Below are positions 8,259-15,469 of a DNA stretch of 32,000 bases, piece after piece. Each line of letters opens with the position of its first letter. Position 1 is the stretch's first letter. The notes beneath the pieces are model-generated. The model had not been told where the DNA came from and ran no database searches. It saw only the letters and a list, made by a program, of their open reading frames with translations. The stretch is from Mycolicibacterium smegmatis (lineage in GTDB: Bacteria > Actinomycetota > Actinomycetes > Mycobacteriales > Mycobacteriaceae), in the NCBI RefSeq assembly GCF_001457595.1, contig NZ_LN831039.1:4440001-4472000 (forward strand), given 5' to 3'. The position numbers and the translations under genes were made by a program.

Positions 8259-9605
8259 CTAGCCGGTCGAAAGGGACGTGCGCATCAGCATCACGCTGTA
8301 GTCCGACCAACGTGACAGCGTGAAGTACAGGTCCTTGCCCTCCGACCACGGATGGATGTAGGGCGCATAGATGCCACCGGGGACGGCCGTGGAGCTGACG
8401 ATCGTCTTCGCGCGGCTCCACGGCCCCTCCGGTTTGTCGGCCGTGCGCATCACCACCGAGCTGGTGGTGTTGGTGTAGAGCATGACGAATTTCTTGAGGT
8501 GGTCGTTCCACGCCACCGACATCTCGCTGCCGGGTGCCCACACCACCTGGAGGGCGAGGAACGGGAAACCCTTGATCCACCCGAACGGCGTGAAGTACTC
8601 GTAGGCCGACTTGTCGGCCACGGCCGTCTCCACGACGCGGTACAAGAATGGCATGCCGCCGCGCCCGGCGCCGGTGCTGTAGGCGTAGACGTAGCCGTTG
8701 TGGCGCAGGTACGCCGCCATCTGGAAGTTCTGGTCACCCCACACGAACGGCACACCCGGCACGGTGTTGAACCAACTGGGCCGGATGCTCGTCGCGGGCA
8801 CGGTCCACGTCTCGCCGTTGTCGCCTGAGACCGCCACCGCGGAGAAGTTGGTCGACCACTGCCCGGGGGCGCCCCACCTGCTCACGGACATGAAGTTGAC
8901 GTATTGCGTTGTGCCGACCGCGATTCCCGCGGTGGGGATCACCGTGACCTCGGTGCCGGCCAGGCCAAGGCTCTTGATCACCTGCCGGGAGAAGTTGGGC
9001 CGCGCCGCGTCCACCGGGGATCCGGCGTAGATGTTGCCGGGTACCGGGTTGGGGATGCTCATGCCGTCGGCGAGGTTGCGGTCGGCGCTGCGGAACAGCG
9101 TGTTCTTGCGCCACTCCTGTGCTGCGACATTGCAATTGCCGAAGGTGTCGCCGAACGCGATGAGTACCTGACGGTTGGCTCCGGTCTGGCCGTTGTCCCA
9201 CATGATGCCCAGGTCGGCACCGGAGATCCCGAAGCGCGAATAGCTGTCCGAGTTGGGTCCGGTGACCCAGCCGACCGTGGTGGCCGTCGACGCCGCCGGT
9301 TCTGCGGCCGCGCGGGCGGCGGTGTTGAGTGCGACCGCGGTGTCCTTGGCCTCTTCGGGTGTGCTGGCCGTCTGCACGGGTTTGCGGCCGATCGGCAGAT
9401 GCAGGACCGGCAGTTTCGAGATGATGTCGGGCATCGACGGGGTCAGACCCCGCGCCGAGGCGTTCGGCGTCGGCACCGAGCAGGGATCGGCTGCGGCGGG
9501 CGGGGCGCCGACGAGCCCGGCAACCAACCCGCCCACCAGCGTGGTTGCCACCGCGGAGACGACGCACGCACGCGACGTCGATGCCAGTCGACGAAATGCC
9601 GGCAT
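8259..9605 (-). CDS. Secreted DUF4185 (GH183-type) protein
   Basis: 448 aa. Signal peptide MPAFRRLASTSRACVVSAVATTLVGGLVAGLVGAPPAAA-DP. Motifs GADLGIMWD, AFGDTFGN, VTVIPTAG, YAPYIHPWS and SRWSDYSVMLMRT are shared with ORF 11593-13764. Confidence 0.85.
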   Translation of the reverse strand: MPAFRRLASTSRACVVSAVATTLVGGLVAGLVGAPPAAADPCSVPTPNASARGLTPSMPDIISKLPVLHLPIGRKPVQTASTPEEAKDTAVALNTAARAAAEPAASTATTVGWVTGPNSDSYSRFGISGADLGIMWDNGQTGANRQVLIAFGDTFGNCNVAAQEWRKNTLFRSADRNLADGMSIPNPVPGNIYAGSPVDAARPNFSRQVIKSLGLAGTEVTVIPTAGIAVGTTQYVNFMSVSRWGAPGQWSTNFSAVAVSGDNGETWTVPATSIRPSWFNTVPGVPFVWGDQNFQMAAYLRHNGYVYAYSTGAGRGGMPFLYRVVETAVADKSAYEYFTPFGWIKGFPFLALQVVWAPGSEMSVAWNDHLKKFVMLYTNTTSSVVMRTADKPEGPWSRAKTIVSSTAVPGGIYAPYIHPWSEGKDLYFTLSRWSDYSVMLMRTSLSTG

Positions 9606-9663
9606 GACACACCTTTCGAGCTGACGTAGCGGGTGCAGCCACGCTGCCGCCCCGACACGCGAC

Positions 9664-9698
9664 CAGGTGTGACAATAGTTGCTACAGAGACAGGTGTG
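9664..9698 (-). repeat. Two direct copies of CAGGTGTG (CACACCTG in gene sense), 27 bp apart, upstream of the secreted DUF4185 gene
   Basis: The copies are at 9664-9671 and 9691-9698. In mRNA sense they are complementary to AGGTGTG at 9614-9608, which overlaps the SD (GAAAGGTGTGTCATG). The AT-richer spacer between them contains TATTGT (gene sense). Confidence 0.4.
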
Positions 9699-9703
9699 GT
9701 TTG

Positions 9704-9735
9704 CCGGTCACGATCCGGTACGGATCCGTGATCGG
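9704..9735 (-). terminator. Stem-loop downstream of the USP gene (candidate factor-independent terminator without U-tract)
   Basis: TCACGATCCG-gta-CGGAT(c)CGTGA gives 10 bp with one bulge. Flanking CCGG/TCGG pairs (3 pairs plus one G-T/C-A position) extend the stem. It begins 20 nt after the stop at 9755. Confidence 0.35.
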
Positions 9736-9754
9736 TCCGAGACGTGCCCGGCGA

Positions 9755-10573
9755 TCAGCCTCCCGGCACCACCAGCACGGGCCGGAATGTGCGCTGCAGT
9801 GTGGCTCCCGCGACGCTGCCGAGCAGGACCTTCTTGAGCGCCGACCGGCCCCGCGACCCGACCACGATTGCCGCGGCGCGCTGTTCGTCGGCGAACGCGA
9901 CCAGTGCGTCGGCCGTGGCGCCCGCACCGGACCCGCGGAACCGCTTCACGTGGTGCGTGGCGTCTACGCCCTCGGCGTCGCCGTCGTCCACCGCGGCCGA
10001 AACCACGGTGCGCGTGGGGAACAACTGCTCGGCGGCCTTGATCGCGCGGTCGGCGCCGGCCGACCCGTCGACGCCCACCACCACTGGGCCGTCCACCACG
10101 GCCTGGTGTTCGGCCGAGAGCATGTGCTGGGAGACCACGAGCACCGGACGCGGCGCGTGGTGCACGACGAGATCGGACACGCTGCCGATCTTCGACTCGG
10201 ATGCGCCGATACCGCGGGCACCCACGACCATCACGTCGGGTTGCAGTTCCTCGCCGACCTGCGCCAGCCCGAGACCCTCCCCGGCCCAGGTCCGTTTGAC
10301 CAGAGGCTCGGCGGTCCACCCGGCCGCGCGCGCCAACGTCACCCCCAGGTCGACCAGGCGCGCCGACTCCCCTTCGCTCTCCCGGTCCACGAGGTCGATC
10401 AACTCGTCGACGTTGCGCGCCGAATGGCGCAACCGGGCGCGCAACCCCCTGCTGCCGAACGGCGGTGTGGACAGGTACACGATCACCGCCTCCGCGGCGG
10501 GGAACAACTCGCTGGAAGTCCTGATCGCGCTGTTGGCTGACAGGGACCCGTCGTAGCCGACCACAATCTTCAT
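9755..10573 (-). CDS. Universal stress protein, tandem USP domains
   Basis: Two USP-like halves, MKIVVGYDGS... and PVVVGVDGSAGADRA.... The second half has the ATP-binding-type motif GSRGRSALKKVLLGSV. Confidence 0.85.
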   Translation of the reverse strand: MKIVVGYDGSLSANSAIRTSSELFPAAEAVIVYLSTPPFGSRGLRARLRHSARNVDELIDLVDRESEGESARLVDLGVTLARAAGWTAEPLVKRTWAGEGLGLAQVGEELQPDVMVVGARGIGASESKIGSVSDLVVHHAPRPVLVVSQHMLSAEHQAVVDGPVVVGVDGSAGADRAIKAAEQLFPTRTVVSAAVDDGDAEGVDATHHVKRFRGSGAGATADALVAFADEQRAAAIVVGSRGRSALKKVLLGSVAGATLQRTFRPVLVVPGG

Positions 10574-10757
10574 GCGCGTCCTCTTCCGTCGATCCGTTGC
10601 GTCCAGCCTAAATCGTCGGCAACTTCGCCTGTGGGGTTATGCCCGCCCGCAGCAAAAGCGAACGGATGCTCACAACATCAGACCCGACCATCCGCGGGAC
10701 CGCCGAATCTCTCGGGGCGACAACATGTCGAGCCGATCAGGCCGCGATCAGGCACCA

Positions 10758-11333
10758 TCAGACGAAGAGCCCGGCCATCTTCGCGGTGTCGTAATAGCCG
10801 ATGACGTCCACGATCTGGTCTCCGGCGACGCGCATGACCCAGCAATACTGCATGCTGGCGTCGGAGCCGTTGGTGCCGTGGACTCCCTCGGTATGGAAAC
10901 GCACCGCCGCCCAGTCGCCGTCGACGATCATCTGATCGAGTTGGGGACGCATGGGCGTCGCGAGGTGATCATGGAGCCGGCTCAACACCTTCTCGCGGTA
11001 CTCGGTTTTGCCGTGGTACTGCCCGGCCACCGGCGAGGTACCGGTCGCGGTGAAGGTGACGTCATCGGACAGTCGGTCCAGGAAGGTCTCGCCGAACCCG
11101 GTCTGTGAAGTCGTCGCGAACACGTCCTCCAGGACGGCCCTGGTATGGGCGCCAGGCTGCTCCGGCGGCGTCTCGTTTGCGCAACCTGAGAGAGCGAGGG
11201 CGCCCGCCGCCAGCACAGCGACAGCTGGCGGGACCCTGCCGGCGGTTGCACGAACCAGTCCGGCGTTGATCCTCCGGGCATCCCGGCTCGATGGGTTGCC
11301 CCGTGAAAATCTTTGTAGGCCCGGCACTCTCAT
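10758..11333 (-). CDS. NTF2/SnoaL-like fold lipoprotein
   Basis: Lipobox LALSGC, followed by a SnoaL-like domain of about 130 aa (DDVTFTATG...DGDWAAVRFH...YCWVMRVAGDQIVDVIGYYD). The maximal ORF reaches 11384. I prefer the internal Met at 11333 because the extension is not signal-like. Confidence 0.7.
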   Translation of the reverse strand: MRVPGLQRFSRGNPSSRDARRINAGLVRATAGRVPPAVAVLAAGALALSGCANETPPEQPGAHTRAVLEDVFATTSQTGFGETFLDRLSDDVTFTATGTSPVAGQYHGKTEYREKVLSRLHDHLATPMRPQLDQMIVDGDWAAVRFHTEGVHGTNGSDASMQYCWVMRVAGDQIVDVIGYYDTAKMAGLFV

Positions 11334-11356
11334 CACCACTCCTGGACTCGACAATT

Positions 11357-11412
11357 CCAACCGACAAGTTGGAGTGTGGCACACGTCTCACCAAACAACA
11401 ACTGGCCAGTTG
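11357..11412. promoter_or_regulatory. Two inverted-repeat sites of form CAAC-N6-GTTG in a divergent promoter region
   Basis: CCAAC-cgacaa-GTTGG is at 11357-11372. The perfect 14-bp palindrome CAACTGGCCAGTTG is at 11399-11412. Their centres are 41 bp apart, and a T6 run follows. Confidence 0.45.
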
Positions 11413-11536
11413 GAATTTTTTCGATCGCCCACGGTTCCCAGACTGACGAGCGGGCAGGGCCTCGGCCGTCGCCGAGGGTTCGCCTGTTCCGGCCGGGTTC
11501 AGCAACTCATGACACTTTGTCGCGGCAATCGCAAAA

Positions 11537-11582
11537 CCTTTGCCGTCGGCCTGCGATACTTCTCGTCGGCCGACGACAAAGG
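11537..11582 (+). promoter_or_regulatory. 5'-leader stem able to sequester the Shine-Dalgarno of the 723-aa DUF4185 gene
   Basis: CCTTTGCCGTCGGC (11537-11550) pairs with GCCGACGACAAAGG (11569-11582) at 13 of 14 positions, with an 18-nt loop. The 3' arm contains the AAAGG of the SD, 8 nt upstream of ATG 11593. The competing local palindrome TCGTCGGCCGACGA lies at 11563-11576. Confidence 0.4.
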
Positions 11583-11592
11583 GGTTGCGTGA

Positions 11593-13764
11593 ATGGGATC
11601 GACGACAGGCGGCGCCGCGTACGTGGGGCGCATCGGAGCACTGGCTGTGGCACTGGGCATCGGCGCAGCACTGACCACCGGAACCGGTGTGGCATGGGCC
11701 GACGATTCGGGCGCGTCCGGGGGCTCGACGTCCTCGTCGTCTTCGGCTTCTGATTCCTCTTCGTCGTCTGCCGGCGGCAGCTCCGGCTCCGCATCGGGAG
11801 GCGCCGACGCGGCGAAGCCCCGCAAACCCGGAGTGACCAAGCCGCGGATCCAACCGACGGGCAAGATCGCCGAATCTCTCAAGAAGACCGCCAAGGCCGT
11901 CGAGGGCGCGGTCGCCGACGCGCACAAACGCGCCCAGCAGTCGGCCGCGCAGCAGGCCGAGAAGCGGGCCGAACGGCGCGCCAAGCTGCGGGCGCAGATC
12001 CGTCCAGGCAAGGACACCGACAAGCAGGCCCCCGAGAAACAGGCCGGGAACGAGGCGAAGAACGCCGCCCAACCCGCCACCAAGACGCAGCGGCAGCTCC
12101 CGGCGGCGCCGGCCGTGAAGGTGCCCGACGTGATCACCTCGGTGCGGGCACGGTCCGACGAGGTGGCCAGGGAGATCACCACCGGCGTCACCGGTATCCG
12201 GACCGCCATCGAGAACGCGGCCCCGAGGATCGCACTGCCGGACCTGCGGCCCACGACCAACCTCGCACGCCCGGTGACACCCGTGGCGCTCAAAGCCGCC
12301 CAGCCCGTCCAGGTTTCGCCGCCGCGGCCGACAATCACCGGTCTGGTGCGTGGATTGCTCACCGCCGCAGCAGGTTTCTCGCCGCGGGCTGCCACCGCAC
12401 CGGTGGCTCCGGCCCCCTCGCCTGCCGCATGGGCGTTGCTTGCGTTCGCGCGCCGCGAGTTCGAGCGGGCGTTCACCCCGGGAGCCGCCACCGCGCTCGC
12501 CGCGCCCGCGATCACCACGTCGGCCGTCACATCGGCAGCCGTGGTGAATCCGCTTCCGGGCCGGTTGGACTCGGTGCCGGTGGGTTGGGTGACAGGGGTG
12601 TCCAACCCGAGCGGCAACTGGCCGCAGACCAACAACACCGCGGGCTTCGACATCTGGGGCACCGATCTGGGCATCATGTGGGACGGCGGTGAGTGGAACG
12701 GGCAGCGGTTCGTCCACACGGCGTTCGGCGACACGTTCAGCGGACCCAACATGAGCGGGTGGTGGCGCTCCAACGTCCTGCTGATCAGCACCGACAACGT
12801 CCTGAGCGACGGACTGGGCCTGGTGCAGACCGGAACGGCATACCAGTTCATCCCGGCGTCGGGCCGAAACCTGTTCGGGCTCTTCGGCGGTTCGGAGGTC
12901 ACCGTCATCCCGACCGCGGGAGTGCAGATCGACGGCACGCAGTACGTCAACTACATGTCGGTGCGCTCGTGGGACACCCCGGGCCGCTGGACCACCAACT
13001 TCTCGGCGATCTCGGTGTACGACCCGAGCACCGACACGTGGGTGCTCGCGCCGTCGACCATCCGCTCGGCGGGGTGGTTCCGCTCCAGCACGCTGTATGT
13101 GCCCGGCAGCCAGAACTTCCAGCAGGCCGCCTATGTCCTGCAGCCCGAGGATCAGGTGGGTGAGGACGGTATCCGCTACCTGTATGCGTTCGGAACCCCC
13201 TCGGGCCGTGCCGGATCGGCGTATCTGTCACGCGTGCCCGAGGACGCGGTGACCGACCTGTCGAAGTACGAGTACTGGGACGGCAACCGGTGGGTCACCG
13301 GCAACGCCGCGGTGGCCGCGCCGGTCATCGGCGACTCGACGCGCTCGACGGGCCTGTTCGGCTTCATCGTCGACTGGGCCAACGACCCGAACGTGCTGGG
13401 CGGTTATCTGGGCGGCCTGGTGGGCGCCAAGACCGGCGGCAATGTCAGTGAGTTGTCGGTGCAGTACAACGAATACCTCGGCAAGTACGTGGTGCTCTAC
13501 GGTGACGGCAACAACAACATCCAGATGCGCATCGCCGACCGGCCCGAGGGCCCGTGGTCGGATCCGATCGAGCTCGCCAGTTCGGCCGACTACCCGGGCC
13601 TGTATGCGCCGATGATCCATCCGTGGTCGGGCACCGGGATGCTCGAAGACGACAACGGCGACCCGGATGTGAACAACCTGTACTGGAACATGTCGCTGTG
13701 GGGCGACTACAACGTGGTGCTCATGCAGACCGACCTGTCGGGCCTGAAAACCGTTGCGGTGTGA
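11593..13764 (+). CDS. Large secreted DUF4185 (GH183-type) protein with Ser-rich, Lys/Ala-rich and Pro/Ala-rich N-terminal extension
   Basis: 723 aa. Signal-like N-terminus ending GTGVAWA-DD, then about 290 aa of low complexity, then the domain from VPVGWVTG (about nt 12570) with GTDLGIMWD, AFGDTFSG, VTVIPTAG, YAPMIHPWS and SLWGDYNVVLMQT. Confidence 0.85.
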   Translation: MGSTTGGAAYVGRIGALAVALGIGAALTTGTGVAWADDSGASGGSTSSSSSASDSSSSSAGGSSGSASGGADAAKPRKPGVTKPRIQPTGKIAESLKKTAKAVEGAVADAHKRAQQSAAQQAEKRAERRAKLRAQIRPGKDTDKQAPEKQAGNEAKNAAQPATKTQRQLPAAPAVKVPDVITSVRARSDEVAREITTGVTGIRTAIENAAPRIALPDLRPTTNLARPVTPVALKAAQPVQVSPPRPTITGLVRGLLTAAAGFSPRAATAPVAPAPSPAAWALLAFARREFERAFTPGAATALAAPAITTSAVTSAAVVNPLPGRLDSVPVGWVTGVSNPSGNWPQTNNTAGFDIWGTDLGIMWDGGEWNGQRFVHTAFGDTFSGPNMSGWWRSNVLLISTDNVLSDGLGLVQTGTAYQFIPASGRNLFGLFGGSEVTVIPTAGVQIDGTQYVNYMSVRSWDTPGRWTTNFSAISVYDPSTDTWVLAPSTIRSAGWFRSSTLYVPGSQNFQQAAYVLQPEDQVGEDGIRYLYAFGTPSGRAGSAYLSRVPEDAVTDLSKYEYWDGNRWVTGNAAVAAPVIGDSTRSTGLFGFIVDWANDPNVLGGYLGGLVGAKTGGNVSELSVQYNEYLGKYVVLYGDGNNNIQMRIADRPEGPWSDPIELASSADYPGLYAPMIHPWSGTGMLEDDNGDPDVNNLYWNMSLWGDYNVVLMQTDLSGLKTVAV

Positions 13765-13765
13765 A

Positions 13766-15343
13766 CTATTTCGAGCCGTACTCCTCGGGCGGCTCGGACG
13801 AGTCGACGTGGCCGTTGCTCATGATGGTCAACCCCTCGGGTGATACCTCGTAGCGCGCCCCGTCGGCGGGGTTGACCGCGACGTAGCCGTCGCCCGAACG
13901 CTGGGCGTCGTCGATCTTGAGGTTGGCGCCGTCGCGCAGGCGCTCGCCGCGGTAGTAGTAGCCGCCGGAGTCACGCTCGCAGATGATCGCCAGCGAGGTC
14001 GCCGTGCGGATCAGCGCGGCGGGCGTCGCGTCCGAGTCGCACCGCGCGGTATGCCCGACGAAACCCTGCTCGTCGGTGCCGCTGACGTTCGCGGTGGCCG
14101 ACCGGTTGGACGTCGTGGTGGTCGTCGATTCCGAAGTCGAGGTCGCGCCCTCGGGCGGCGTGATTCCCGTGTTGCCGGTGGAGGCGTTGTCATCACCGCC
14201 CACGAGCATCGTCGCGAGCACCGCGGCGACGCCGAACAGCACCACCGTCGCCACGACGAGCATCATCTGCGTGCGGGTGAACCGTTTCTTGCCCGGCGTC
14301 CGCACGGCGGGAGCCGCAACAGCGGCCGGGGCCGGCGGCGTCGGGGTTCTGCGTGGCGGCGCGGGCACCGACGGGTAGGCCGGCGGGTACGGCGTGAACC
14401 CGGTGTGTTCGGGGTTGGGGTACAACTCGGAGAACTGCCGCGTCGGAGTCGGCGGGCGTCCCGGTGCCTGCGGCGGGGCGGGCTTCGACGGCGGAGCCTC
14501 GCCGGCCGCGGCAGCCGACACCGCGCGCGCCAGTTCCCCGGCCGTGGCGTAGCGCGCGGCCGGGTCCTTGGCCATCGCCGTCGCGATCACCTCGTCGAAC
14601 GCACGCGGGACGCCGCGGCGCATGATGCTGGGCCGCGGCGGCGCGGAGAACATGTGCGCGCTCATCAACTGCCGCAGATCGCCCGCCTCGTACGGCGGCC
14701 TGCCGATCAGTGACTCGTAGACCAGGCAGGCCAGCGCGTAGATGTCGGCGGGCGGGCCGACGGTCTCGCCGGAGAACCGCTCGGGTGCCATGTAGGCGCT
14801 GGAGCCGATCAGCATGCCGGTCATCGTGACGCTGGCCTCACCGCCCACATGGGCGATGCCGAAGTCGACGAGGTAGGCGAAGTCGTCGCCCGTGAGCAGC
14901 ACGTTCTCGGGTTTGATGTCGCGGTGCACCAGGCCGTCGGCGTGCGCGGCGTCCAGCGCCGAGGCCACCTGCGCCACGATCGACGCCGTGCGGCGCGGAT
15001 CGAGCGGGCCGTCGGTGCGCAGGATGTCCTTGAGGCTCGCGCCCTCGACCAGCCGCATGTCGATGTAGAGCACACCGTCGATGTCGCCGAAGTCGTGCAC
15101 CGGGATGACGTGCGGTTCCTGCAGGCGCGCGGCCACCCGGGATTCGCGGCGGAACCGCTCCTGGAAGCGCGGGTCGGCCGCGAACTCGGCCCGAAGGAGT
15201 TTGACCGCGACCTCACGCCCCTTCACCGTGTCGTAGGCGCGGTAGACCTCCCCCATGCCGCCGACACCGATCAGCGACCGCAGTTCGTACGGCCCGAACC
15301 GGGTGCCGAGGCGGGAGGCGCCGTTGGAGGCCATCGGGGTCAT
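13766..15343 (-). CDS. Receptor-type Ser/Thr protein kinase (Hanks type) with single TM helix and small unassigned ectodomain
   Basis: GVGGMGEVY glycine loop, VAVKLL lysine, HRDIKPENVLL, DFGIA, YMAPE. Pro-rich juxtamembrane linker and TM MMLVVATVVLFGVAAVLATMLVGG (aa 360-382). The 143-aa extracellular part contains 2 Cys. SD AAGGA lies 6 nt before ATG 15343. Confidence 0.9.
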   Translation of the reverse strand: MTPMASNGASRLGTRFGPYELRSLIGVGGMGEVYRAYDTVKGREVAVKLLRAEFAADPRFQERFRRESRVAARLQEPHVIPVHDFGDIDGVLYIDMRLVEGASLKDILRTDGPLDPRRTASIVAQVASALDAAHADGLVHRDIKPENVLLTGDDFAYLVDFGIAHVGGEASVTMTGMLIGSSAYMAPERFSGETVGPPADIYALACLVYESLIGRPPYEAGDLRQLMSAHMFSAPPRPSIMRRGVPRAFDEVIATAMAKDPAARYATAGELARAVSAAAAGEAPPSKPAPPQAPGRPPTPTRQFSELYPNPEHTGFTPYPPAYPSVPAPPRRTPTPPAPAAVAAPAVRTPGKKRFTRTQMMLVVATVVLFGVAAVLATMLVGGDDNASTGNTGITPPEGATSTSESTTTTTSNRSATANVSGTDEQGFVGHTARCDSDATPAALIRTATSLAIICERDSGGYYYRGERLRDGANLKIDDAQRSGDGYVAVNPADGARYEVSPEGLTIMSNGHVDSSEPPEEYGSK

Positions 15344-15469
15344 TCACGTCCTTTCGGCCGCCCGGACCGCACGGGACCACCATCCAGGCGGGCACGGCGA
15401 GCGGCGCAGTGGTCCCGGTGACGAGGATAGAGAAGACCCGTCCCCGGCCCCGGGACCACGTCGCGGACG

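Noticed and set aside
10633-10644. DosR-box-like partial palindrome GGGGTTATGCCC about 60 bp upstream of the USP gene
   Set aside because: Only the outer GGG/CCC positions fit the GGGAC...GTCCC-type consensus as I recall it. The inner positions and the length do not match. This is too weak to call.
11720-11790. Serine-codon-rich stretch (TCG/TCC/TCT runs) as a slippage-prone microsatellite or phase-variation site
   Set aside because: The codons are mixed, with no uninterrupted unit repeated more than two or three times. It looks like a low-complexity coding region rather than a contingency repeat.
11062-12717. 551-aa minus-strand ORF (and the 483-aa ORF 11499-12950) opposite the large DUF4185 gene
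   Set aside because: The translation is Arg/Gly/Pro-rich with no recognisable domain. It lies antisense to a plus-strand ORF that has clear family motifs and a signal peptide. This is a typical open antisense frame of high-GC DNA.
15372-15417. Inverted repeat CGGGACCAC ... GTGGTCCCG downstream of the formamidase stop
   Set aside because: The 9-bp arms are real, but they are separated by a 28-nt loop and lack a U-tract. This is not convincing as a terminator, and the spacing is wrong for a GGGAC/GTCCC operator. I note it only.
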